64,000 bases of DNA from a candidate division TM6 bacterium GW2011_GWF2_28_16. Its GTDB lineage: Bacteria > Patescibacteriota > Microgenomatia > UBA1400 > PJMF01. Location of the stretch: positions 195,407 through 259,406 of the forward strand of contig CP011212.1 of NCBI GenBank assembly GCA_001029715.1, written 5' to 3'. The position numbers and the translations under genes were made by a program. Positions 1 through 8,050 of this stretch are shown one piece after another. The stretch's first letter is position 1; each line of letters begins with the position of its first letter. The notes beneath the pieces were generated by a model. It made no database searches, was not told where the DNA came from, and saw only the letters and a program-made list of their open reading frames with translations.

Positions 1-618
1 GGAGCAATTTCCAAGCTACATAATAAAGCCACTTTTCATTTTGTTAAACAAAAAGATAGTGATCCTTACGGAACTGCTATGCCAGTTATTTTAGCTAAAG
101 ATTATGTTAAAGATGAAGAAGCTTTTTTAGTTCTAATGGGTGATGATTTTATTTATCAAGCAGGAGAAAAAAGCGAGATAGCAATGATGATTGAGGCTTT
201 CGAAAACTCCTTTGCTAAGGGTTTAATTACTTGTGTTGAAAAACCAACTGAACTATTAAATAAATATGGAGTAGTAAAAAGCAGAACTGAGGGTAATTTT
301 CAATTTATGGAAGAAATTGTTGAAAAACCAGAGCTAGGAAAAGCTCCATCTAATTTGGCAAATATCAGTAAATATATTGTTGGTCAGGAAATTTGGCCAA
401 TTTTAGAAAAACAAACAGTTGATCCTAAATCTGGAGAGCTTTATATTACTGACACCATCCAGGCTTTAGCAAGGATGAAAAATGTTTTGGTTTACACCCC
501 TCAGGGTGAATATTTCGATGGCGGTTATCCGCTTGGTTGGTTAGCAGCCAATCTGAGAATTGCCAAAGATCGTCCTGAAATTTGGTCTCAAATTAAGGAT
601 TTCGTCAATAAAAATTAG
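1..618 (+). CDS. galU: UTP-glucose-1-phosphate uridylyltransferase / nucleotidyltransferase, 5'-truncated by window edge
   Basis: Frame open from base 1; motifs VLMGDD, KYGVV, IVEKP, APSNLA, GELYITD, FDGG typical of GalU/RmlA family. Confidence 0.75.
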   Translation, partial: GAISKLHNKATFHFVKQKDSDPYGTAMPVILAKDYVKDEEAFLVLMGDDFIYQAGEKSEIAMMIEAFENSFAKGLITCVEKPTELLNKYGVVKSRTEGNFQFMEEIVEKPELGKAPSNLANISKYIVGQEIWPILEKQTVDPKSGELYITDTIQALARMKNVLVYTPQGEYFDGGYPLGWLAANLRIAKDRPEIWSQIKDFVNKN

Positions 619-660
619 GCATATTTCTATTAATTCTTACATTTTCATGATTTTAATGGA

Positions 661-699
661 TTGATTTTTCTTTTCATATAGACTATCATCTATATGAAA
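661..699 (+). promoter_or_regulatory. sigma70 promoter of sodA overlapped by palindromic operator
   Basis: TTGATT (661-666), 17 nt, TATCAT (684-689); perfect 11-bp inverted repeat TTTCATATAGA (672-682)/TCTATATGAAA (689-699). Confidence 0.65.
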
Positions 700-710
700 G
701 GTTTTTATAT

Positions 711-1343
711 ATGTATACACTTCCAAACTTACCCTACGCTTACGAGGCTTTAGAGCCAAATATTGATGTAGCAACGATGCGTGTTCATCATGATAAACAT
801 CACCAGGCTTATTTAGATAAATTTAATGCAGCTTTGAAAAATTATCCTCAATTGCAAGCAGAAAATGCAGAAGATGTACTCTGGAATTTTGAGAGTCAGG
901 TTAAACCTGCGACTCCAGCTGATATTCAAGTTGCCATAAAAAATCATGGCGGTGGCTATGTTCATCATAGTTTGTTTTGGAAAACGATGTCGCCAAATGG
1001 ACCAAGAGAGGCAGTGGGCGAACTGGCCGCCGCCATCTCTAGTAGATTTTCCTCTTTCGCAGAATTTAAAACTCAATTTACTGATTTAGCTGGTAAACAC
1101 TTTGGTGCTGGTTGGGCCTGGTTGGTGCTTAATGAAAAAAAGGAACTAGAAATCTATTCATTACCCAATCAAGATTCGCCACTTTTAAGTAAACACTATC
1201 CAATCATGGGGATTGATGTTTGGGAGCATGCCTATTATCTCAAGTATCAGAATCGTCGCCCGGAATATTTAGAAGCAATTTGGAATATACTTGATTGGAA
1301 AAAAATTGAAGAGCGTTACCAAATTGGTTTAAATAAATCGTAG
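711..1343 (+). CDS. sodA: Mn/Fe superoxide dismutase
   Basis: LPYAYEALEP, HHDKHH, NHGGG, DVWEHAYYLKYQN signatures. Confidence 0.95.
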   Translation: MYTLPNLPYAYEALEPNIDVATMRVHHDKHHQAYLDKFNAALKNYPQLQAENAEDVLWNFESQVKPATPADIQVAIKNHGGGYVHHSLFWKTMSPNGPREAVGELAAAISSRFSSFAEFKTQFTDLAGKHFGAGWAWLVLNEKKELEIYSLPNQDSPLLSKHYPIMGIDVWEHAYYLKYQNRRPEYLEAIWNILDWKKIEERYQIGLNKS

Positions 1344-1377
1344 ACTTTACTCTAAAATTGTTTTAGTATGTTTGCTT

Positions 1378-1962
1378 ATGCTCGAAGTTATTCTTGACGT
1401 TGAAACAAAACAGATTTTTGACGATGTAGGTGGTTATTTTCCAGAGAAATTAGGTATTTCCTTTGTTGGAGTCTGCGTGCGCAGCGACCGCTCCCAAAAA
1501 GGTGAGATGATGTCTTTCTTTGAAAAAGATCTGCCAAAGCTTTTCCCTCTTTTAGAGCGAGCTGATGTAGTGGTTGGTTTTAATATTGATGGTTTTGATA
1601 TGCCAACTTTTATTCCTTACTATCGTGCAGATATCAGTCGTATTCCTACTTTGGATGTCATGGATCGTATCAAAAAAAGTGTTGGGCATCGCATTGGTCT
1701 TGACGCTGTAGCCAAAGAAACTTTAGGATCAGGTAAATCTGGAGATGGTCTAGATGCAATTCGTTATTATAAATCTGGCAACTTTGAAGCTTTGGAAAAA
1801 TATTGTTTACGTGATGTAGAGGTTACCAGGGATGTTTATGATTATGGTTTGAAAAACGGCAGAATCAAATTTCGCAATAAATGGAACCGTTTAATTGATG
1901 CTCCAGTAGATTTTTCTTTTGTCAGTTCTAAAGCTAGTGGAACGCAAATGAGTTTGATATGA
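1378..1962 (+). CDS. DEDD/RNase H-like 3'-5' exonuclease domain protein (YprB/RNase_H_2-like)
   Basis: LDVET, GFNIDGFD, LDAVAKETLG, YCLRDVEVT. Confidence 0.75.
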   Translation: MLEVILDVETKQIFDDVGGYFPEKLGISFVGVCVRSDRSQKGEMMSFFEKDLPKLFPLLERADVVVGFNIDGFDMPTFIPYYRADISRIPTLDVMDRIKKSVGHRIGLDAVAKETLGSGKSGDGLDAIRYYKSGNFEALEKYCLRDVEVTRDVYDYGLKNGRIKFRNKWNRLIDAPVDFSFVSSKASGTQMSLI

Positions 1963-1972
1963 TTCGTTTCAG

Positions 1973-2521
1973 ATGACTCCAAAATTCTGTTTTACAGCCT
2001 CAGTATTTCTCATTCACAATGACAAAGTTCTCCTGATTAAGCACAAAAAACTAAATATGTGGCTTGGTCCAGGAGGGCATATCGATGAGAACGAATTGCC
2101 TCATTTGGCAGCTGAAAGAGAATTTTTTGAAGAAACTGGTCTAAGAGTTAAAGTTTACAGTGCCTATAAAAAGCTGAGTATTTCGTCTAAAGACGATCGT
2201 TTTTTTCATCCCTTACCTTTTGCGATTAATGAACATTGGGTTTGCAAAGAAAACTATGAAAGACGCTTGCTTGCCGAGAAGAATAAAGCAGAATTTGCCC
2301 CAGAAACCAAATGGCCTAAAGGCTGTGAAAAACATTTGAATTTTACTTATTTGGCTAAACTCATTGGTCCTTTAGAAATTAATCCAGCAGAAGGTGAATC
2401 ACAAGAAATTACTTGGTTCTCGCTAGAAGATCTAAAAGGAAAAGATAAAAAAGGATTAATGGAAGATATTTTTAAAGAGTTGTTGAAAGCTTTTGAACTT
2501 GCTAAGTCGAGTCATTCTTGA
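1973..2521 (+). CDS. NUDIX hydrolase
   Basis: Nudix box GGHIDENELPHLAAEREFFEETG. Confidence 0.9.
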   Translation: MTPKFCFTASVFLIHNDKVLLIKHKKLNMWLGPGGHIDENELPHLAAEREFFEETGLRVKVYSAYKKLSISSKDDRFFHPLPFAINEHWVCKENYERRLLAEKNKAEFAPETKWPKGCEKHLNFTYLAKLIGPLEINPAEGESQEITWFSLEDLKGKDKKGLMEDIFKELLKAFELAKSSHS

Positions 2522-2538
2522 GAGAATAACCACATATT

Positions 2539-3036
2539 ATGTCTCCTAAACATCAGCTAACAGAAAATGTTAAATTACTGCAAAAAGCAGCCATTATTCG
2601 TCAAGGTGAATCTTTTGCAGAAGTATTACTCTTAAAACGAAATATAAGTTCTCTATCCAGACCAAATTGTTGGGATTTACCAGGTGGCAATAGTGAATGG
2701 CCAGCAGTAGATCAAAACTCGGCAGCCAATCTTCATTTAAACGACATTACTAGAGAAATTACTGAAGAGACGGGTTTAGTTGTTGATGAAAAATCTTTTT
2801 CTTTAGACAAGTTGAGTCATTTATCCACCTATTTTGATGTTGATAAACAAGTTTACACAATGATTTGTGGCTGGTTTGTTGATTTTTCAGCAACTGATCA
2901 AAAAGAAATTCAGACATCTGATGAGCATCAAGAATATACTTGGGTGTCTGAAGCTGAATTGAGCAATTATGATTTTGGTGGAGAGAGCGGTGCTTTTCTT
3001 TTAGATACTATCAGAAAATCTTTTGCTAAACTCTAA
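2539..3036 (+). CDS. NUDIX hydrolase
   Basis: WDLPGG...REITEETGL with an insertion inside the Nudix box; SDEHQEYTWV. Confidence 0.85.
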   Translation: MSPKHQLTENVKLLQKAAIIRQGESFAEVLLLKRNISSLSRPNCWDLPGGNSEWPAVDQNSAANLHLNDITREITEETGLVVDEKSFSLDKLSHLSTYFDVDKQVYTMICGWFVDFSATDQKEIQTSDEHQEYTWVSEAELSNYDFGGESGAFLLDTIRKSFAKL

Positions 3037-3044
3037 AAATATCC

Positions 3045-3614
3045 ATGAAATTTTTCGTTGCTTCCAAAAATCCAGTCAAAATTAATGCAGTCATAAGTGC
3101 CATAAAAAAAGAATTTCCCAATTCCTCAGTCGAAGGCTTTGAAGTAGATAGTGCTGTTTCAGCTCAGCCGATGAGTGATGAAGAAACCAGACAAGGAGCG
3201 CTTAATCGTGCTAAAAACCTTCGAGTTTTGCTTATAAAACAAGAAGTAATTGAGCCAAAAGAAGAAGTTTTATGTATCGGTTTAGAGGGCGGTGTTTTTC
3301 ATCCTGATTTTGCTAAGAGTAAAAATGAACTTTGGTCAACAGTTTGGGCGGTTGCTATAGACCATAATAATCAAAGCTATTTTAGCAATGGCGCTCGTTT
3401 TCCTTCACCACAATTTTTATCAGATATGATCTTGGCTGGAGAAGAGATGGGTCCAGCTTTAGGTCGTCATTTGCAAGATCCAGATTTGCGGAAAAAATCA
3501 GGTATGATCGGCTTTATTACCAACCATTTTACCAATCGGACTGATGAATACGAAAGTGTTGTGAAAATTGCAATTGGCCTCTGGTATGGTCGAGACTGCG
3601 TCTTGACAAAGTAG
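3045..3614 (+). CDS. yjjX: Inosine/xanthosine triphosphatase (YjjX/DUF84 family)
   Basis: ASKNPVKINAV, S..SAQPMSDEETRQGALNRA, IGLEGG, GMIGFIT. Confidence 0.85.
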   Translation: MKFFVASKNPVKINAVISAIKKEFPNSSVEGFEVDSAVSAQPMSDEETRQGALNRAKNLRVLLIKQEVIEPKEEVLCIGLEGGVFHPDFAKSKNELWSTVWAVAIDHNNQSYFSNGARFPSPQFLSDMILAGEEMGPALGRHLQDPDLRKKSGMIGFITNHFTNRTDEYESVVKIAIGLWYGRDCVLTK

Positions 3615-3662
3615 TTTTTTCTCGGCAGAATGGGATCATAGTAATACTTATTGCAAGGAAAT

Positions 3663-4172
3663 ATGTCAAAAAAACTGCAAAATTTTCTCCCTTATATTTT
3701 TCCACTAATTGCCATCATTTTGGTAGTAGTGATGTTTGCTCGCTGGTACAAAGGCAAAACTGCCGAAGCTCCAGTTAGTTTATTGGATTCACAATTAGAG
3801 GTTGAGAGTTTGCCAGTTGATGTGCAAGATAGCATTATCAAAGGAGCTACAGATTACTCAATGATAGATATGCAAGGTTCAAATTTAGCTACTGGTGAAC
3901 TACGCTATCAGATTAAAGATGACAAACTTAGTTTTACTGTAACAGCTAATTTGCAAGAATCAAAAGAAGATTATGCCGTTTGGTTGGTTGATTCTGCTAG
4001 CGATGCTAAGAAACGTGTTTTTAACCTCAAATATTCTAAAGCAGGTTATATTGGAAGTGCGATGGTTCCGGCTAATATTTTATCTGTTGAAGTAGTGGTT
4101 GCTAAAGCCTCTGATCTAATGTTAGAAGATGTGCTTTTACATGCAGAACTCTTAGCTCCAGAGGCAAATTAG
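3663..4172 (+). CDS. Hypothetical membrane-anchored protein
   Basis: N-terminal TM helix, then a beta-rich domain (YAVWL motif reminiscent of anti-sigma-K C-terminal-like folds). Confidence 0.6.
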   Translation: MSKKLQNFLPYIFPLIAIILVVVMFARWYKGKTAEAPVSLLDSQLEVESLPVDVQDSIIKGATDYSMIDMQGSNLATGELRYQIKDDKLSFTVTANLQESKEDYAVWLVDSASDAKKRVFNLKYSKAGYIGSAMVPANILSVEVVVAKASDLMLEDVLLHAELLAPEAN

Positions 4173-4334
4173 TTCTTTGTTTGATATATTTAGATGTTCT
4201 TTGACATAAAAAAATGAAAACTGCTTCTTGATTAGCTAGTCAAGTGTGCTAATCTTAGTAGCAGACTTACATTAATAAATAAGTCTATATTAATAAAAAT
4301 TATTCTCTGTGTTACAGAGAAAGAAGGGTACTAC

Positions 4335-4538
4335 ATGGCAAACGCCTACAGTTACACAAACTCAAAAGGTCAAACCTACTACCTCCACACCAGAGATGTC
4401 ACCTTGAAGAATGGTAGAGTTCAAACCATCTACTTTTTCGCACGTGATATTCGTGAGGGTTCCTTAAGTGCAGTTCCAGCCGCCTATCAGGTGATTGAAA
4501 CCAGCAGAACAGGAATGCCAGTTTTGAAGAAGAAATAA
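4335..4538 (+). CDS. Small basic hypothetical protein (67 aa)
   Basis: AGAAGGG RBS, own terminator, protein-like sequence YTNSKGQTYYLH...TIYFFA...GMPVLKKK. Confidence 0.75.
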   Translation: MANAYSYTNSKGQTYYLHTRDVTLKNGRVQTIYFFARDIREGSLSAVPAAYQVIETSRTGMPVLKKK

Positions 4539-4565
4539 ACTCTTCTTCACTATTTGTGAAAAGAT

Positions 4566-4591
4566 AGCCCCGCTTTCAAGCGGGGCTTTTT
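4566..4591 (+). terminator. Rho-independent terminator
   Basis: AGCCCCGCT-ttca-AGCGGGGCT followed by T-run. Confidence 0.85.
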
Positions 4592-4608
4592 ATTGATATA
4601 TTAACTTT

Positions 4609-5064
4609 ATGAAAATCTATCTAGGTAGTGACCACGGTGGCTTTAAATTAAAAGAAGAATTTAAAAATTATCTTTTAAATAAACATCCAGAATTTGAATT
4701 AGAAGATTGTGGAGCTTTTACTTATGAAGCCGAAGACGATTACCCGAAATTTGCTTTTGAAGTAGCTTTGAAAACTGCTACTAATCAAGAATTGGGTGTT
4801 TTACTTTGCCGCTCTGGTTCGGGAGTGGTAATTGCAGCCAACAAAGTTAAAGGTATCAGAGCAGTTGAGCTTTATGATGATAGAATTGCCGCTCACAGTA
4901 AGAGTCATAATCAAGCAAACGTGATTGCTTTTAGTGGAGATTATTTATCTTTAGAAAAGATGATTGAACTATTTGAGATCTTTCTAAAAACTGGAGTGGA
5001 TAAGAGTGAACGACACCAAAGACGAATTGCTCAAATTACAAATTACGAAAATACGAATAATTAG
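4609..5064 (+). CDS. rpiB: Ribose-5-phosphate isomerase B
   Basis: GSDHGGF.LK, DDYP, LLCRSGSG, ANKVKGIRA, HNQAN, RHQRR. Confidence 0.92.
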   Translation: MKIYLGSDHGGFKLKEEFKNYLLNKHPEFELEDCGAFTYEAEDDYPKFAFEVALKTATNQELGVLLCRSGSGVVIAANKVKGIRAVELYDDRIAAHSKSHNQANVIAFSGDYLSLEKMIELFEIFLKTGVDKSERHQRRIAQITNYENTNN

Positions 5065-5089
5065 ATTAAAGATTTAAGGAAAACGAGAA

Positions 5090-5755
5090 ATGAACTTAGA
5101 CGTAAGCGCCAATGTTTTAACTAGTAATTTAGAGTTAGCCAAAAAACAAATCGAGTTAGCTAAAAATGCCAACTTAGAAGCCATTCAAATAGATATTGTC
5201 GATGGCATTTTTGCCGATATGCATACTTTCACTCCACAAGATTTGATTGATATAGATTTTGGCGATTTACAGATTGATTTTCATTTGATGACCGAAGAGC
5301 CGATGGATTATGTTTGGGAAATGGAAGAACATTGCCGTCATCTGCCAATTAGAGCAGTTTTTGGTCAGATCGAAAAAATGTCCTATCAAGAGGCTTTTTT
5401 GGAAGAGGTTAAAAAACAAGATTGGCGTGCAGGTTTAGCTTTGGATTTGTATACCCCTATTGAATCAATTGATGAAAATAGTTGGGAATGGATGGATTCA
5501 ATTCTTCTTTTAGGAGTCGAAGCTGGCGCTTCAGGTCAAAAACAGAATCTTTTCCTTTTTGAAAAAATCAGGGTTGTTAAAGAAAAAATTCAAAAAGGCG
5601 AGCCAATGCGAGTTTTTGTTGATGGCGGAGTAAATAAGGACAACATTGAAAAATTACAAATGACGGGAATCAGTGGAGTGACAGTTAATTCAGCATTTAA
5701 TAATGCTGAAGATTACAAACAGGCTGTAGAGGAATTTTTAAGTCATGTCGAATAA
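5090..5755 (+). CDS. rpe: Ribulose-phosphate 3-epimerase (divergent)
   Basis: QIDIVDG, DFHLM, LGVEAGASGQ, VDGGVN. Confidence 0.8.
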   Translation: MNLDVSANVLTSNLELAKKQIELAKNANLEAIQIDIVDGIFADMHTFTPQDLIDIDFGDLQIDFHLMTEEPMDYVWEMEEHCRHLPIRAVFGQIEKMSYQEAFLEEVKKQDWRAGLALDLYTPIESIDENSWEWMDSILLLGVEAGASGQKQNLFLFEKIRVVKEKIQKGEPMRVFVDGGVNKDNIEKLQMTGISGVTVNSAFNNAEDYKQAVEEFLSHVE

Positions 5756-6362
5756 TAAAAAAATTACTATCCCAAAGTCTAATCGTTTGTGCAAAATAAA
5801 TAAAATTGCTTTTTATGGTAGCGCCGATTTAAATGAGTCAGATCATGAATATGCTGAGGCCTTTGCTGCTGCTAAACATGCAGCTAAGCGAGGAAAAGTT
5901 ATTGTTAATGGTGGTGGTCCTGGAATTATGGAGGCTTCTACCAGGGGAGCAAAAGCAGGTGGTGGTAAAACCTTAGTAGTTACTTTTTATCCAGAGGATC
6001 TGCCAGAGTTTGAAGGTAGAGCTGAGCAAAATATTGCTGACAAAGAAATTAGAACAGCTAATTACATCGAGCGCATGTTTGGTTTGATGGATAATGCTGA
6101 TTTGTTTGTTTGTTTCAAAGGTGGAACGGGCACCTTGAGTGAATGGGCCACTGCTTGGCTTTTGGCGCATCTTTATTATGGCAATCATAAACCCTTGATT
6201 CTCTATGGTGAGTTTTGGCATGAATTTATGGATGTGGTTCATAAAAATTTTATGATTGGTTATAAAGAAGCCAAAGTTTATCGTATTGTGAGTAATTTAG
6301 AAGAATTTAAGGTAGCTTTACGTATTTTTGAAGAAGAGATGACTGCTCGTCGTTTGAAATAA
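5745..6362 (+). CDS. LOG family (nucleotide phosphoribohydrolase / lysine decarboxylase-like) protein
   Basis: NGGGPGIMEA, GGTGTLSE. Confidence 0.85.
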   Translation: MSNNKKITIPKSNRLCKINKIAFYGSADLNESDHEYAEAFAAAKHAAKRGKVIVNGGGPGIMEASTRGAKAGGGKTLVVTFYPEDLPEFEGRAEQNIADKEIRTANYIERMFGLMDNADLFVCFKGGTGTLSEWATAWLLAHLYYGNHKPLILYGEFWHEFMDVVHKNFMIGYKEAKVYRIVSNLEEFKVALRIFEEEMTARRLK

Positions 6363-6407
6363 TCCCAACTTTTAAGTTAAGATAGAGACATAAAGAAAGT
6401 CTGCCAC

Positions 6408-6571
6408 TAGACTTACAGCAAAATAAAAAAAGGTTCCTTAACTTATCTTTTACATATTTTAGTCTTTTCTTCTTCCTCAAGTAGACTAAGCTACTATTGT
6501 CATCAGAAGAAGACTAAAATATAGTAAAAGCTAATATTAATTAACTCATTTTTTATTTTGCTGTAAGTCTA
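6408..6571. ncRNA. Long rod-shaped structure: candidate 6S-like RNA or MITE-like element
   Basis: Perfect 23-bp inverted repeat 6408-6430/6549-6571, central unpaired region, second long inner stem CTTTTAC-ATATTTTAGTCTT.../...AAGACTAAAATAT-A-GTAAAAG. Confidence 0.4.
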
Positions 6572-6572
6572 T

Positions 6573-7508
6573 ATGTATGATGTTATTTCAATCGGTTCAT
6601 CTTTGCTTGATATTTTTATCAAGTCTAATGATTTAGAATCTGATCGCGATGGCGATAGGCAAATTTTGACCTATGGCGAAAAATTAGAATTAACAGATTT
6701 TCACATTGTTACTGGTGGTGGAGGTAGTAACACTGCGGTTGCTTTTTCTCGCTTAGGATTAAACACAGCTGTAATTTCTGAAACGGGACGTGATGATTTT
6801 TCTGGATTGATTACTTCTGATTTTCAAAAAGAGGATGTGTCCACAAGCTTACTTATTCAAGAAAAATTAGAAAAGACTGGTGGCTCAGTTGCTTTGGTAG
6901 CAAAAAATTCAGAAAGAGTAATCATGGTGCACCGAGGGGCAGCTTCAATGTTAGATCCTTTTGACATTCCAGCTTTCTGGTTATCTAAAAGCAGATGGAT
7001 TCATCTTTCTAGTATCGGTGGTAACCCACAGACTTTAAGTAAGATTTTTAAGGTATTAAATAACAATCAAGAGACTAAAATGTCTTGGAATCCTGGTAAA
7101 AAAGAACTGCAGTTGTTAGTTGAAGAAAAATTTGCCATAGATCAGATTCCTTGCGAAATCTTTTTTGTGAATGAAGAAGAATGGGCTTTAGTGGAGCCAT
7201 TACACGAAGAAATTTTATTGAATTTTCCACAAGTAGTTATTACTAAAGGTAAAAAAGGTGGTGAGGTTCATCTTTTTGGTAAGAAAACTTTTGAATATGT
7301 GGGTGAGGCTAGTTCTTCAGTTGATAGCACTGGGGCGGGCGATGCTTTTGCCTCTGCCTATGTAGCAGCTATTTTAGATGGCAGAGATGTCCCAATGGCC
7401 ATTGCGTGGGGAGTTAAAAATGCTGGCAATGTAGTAGCTTATTTTGGAGGGAAAACTGGCTTGCTTCGTAAAACGCAAATCTTGGAGTTAACAAAGGATC
7501 AAAAATAG
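6573..7508 (+). CDS. PfkB family carbohydrate/nucleoside kinase
   Basis: GGGGSNTAVAFSRLG, VDSTGAGDAF. Confidence 0.9.
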   Translation: MYDVISIGSSLLDIFIKSNDLESDRDGDRQILTYGEKLELTDFHIVTGGGGSNTAVAFSRLGLNTAVISETGRDDFSGLITSDFQKEDVSTSLLIQEKLEKTGGSVALVAKNSERVIMVHRGAASMLDPFDIPAFWLSKSRWIHLSSIGGNPQTLSKIFKVLNNNQETKMSWNPGKKELQLLVEEKFAIDQIPCEIFFVNEEEWALVEPLHEEILLNFPQVVITKGKKGGEVHLFGKKTFEYVGEASSSVDSTGAGDAFASAYVAAILDGRDVPMAIAWGVKNAGNVVAYFGGKTGLLRKTQILELTKDQK

Positions 7509-7527
7509 TGTTTAATTAATTAGCCAT

Positions 7528-8031
7528 ATGAAAAAAGTCTTCTTTATTTTATTTTTACTTGTCTCTTTTTTGCTTTTTCCAAATAGTGCTCGTGCTATGG
7601 AATTAACCAAAATTGGAACTTTAGATATTACTGGTGATGGAATTGGTTCGACTGTCTCTGCTTATACTTATCCGTTGCGCTCTTTTAGTCTTTATGGTTT
7701 AGCTAACGCCTCCAGTTCAGTAGCTATTAAAGTTGATGATGTAACTTATAGCGCAACTGCTGATAAAGATGGTGCTTGGTCCACTTATCTTTCCAATTTA
7801 ACTTATGATGCTCATGGTGTAGCAATTAGTTCTACTGGTCAAACTAGTTTAAATTTTACTTTGACGATCAGTTCTGCTTCGGCAACGACTACTCCAACTG
7901 CTACTCCGACTAGTACGGCTACAACCACTAGTACTTTGCCTAGCGCAGGTGCCACAGAAAACACTTTTTTAATTGTCGCTCTAGCTTTATTTTCAATTGG
8001 CTTGGGTGTAGCAGTTAAATACAGAGATTAG
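7528..8031 (+). CDS. Secreted Ig-like protein with Thr-rich linker and LPxAG sorting signal
   Basis: Signal peptide, beta-rich domain (ADKDGAWS), T/P-rich linker, LPSAG + TM + basic tail KYRD. Confidence 0.7.
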   Translation: MKKVFFILFLLVSFLLFPNSARAMELTKIGTLDITGDGIGSTVSAYTYPLRSFSLYGLANASSSVAIKVDDVTYSATADKDGAWSTYLSNLTYDAHGVAISSTGQTSLNFTLTISSASATTTPTATPTSTATTTSTLPSAGATENTFLIVALALFSIGLGVAVKYRD

Positions 8032-8050
8032 TTTACCTTAATAGAAATTT

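Noticed and set aside
4263-4290. AGACTTAC...TAAGTCTATAT resembling the two ends of the 6408-6571 rod
   Set aside because: Only 8-11 nt AT-rich matches; too weak to claim a related element
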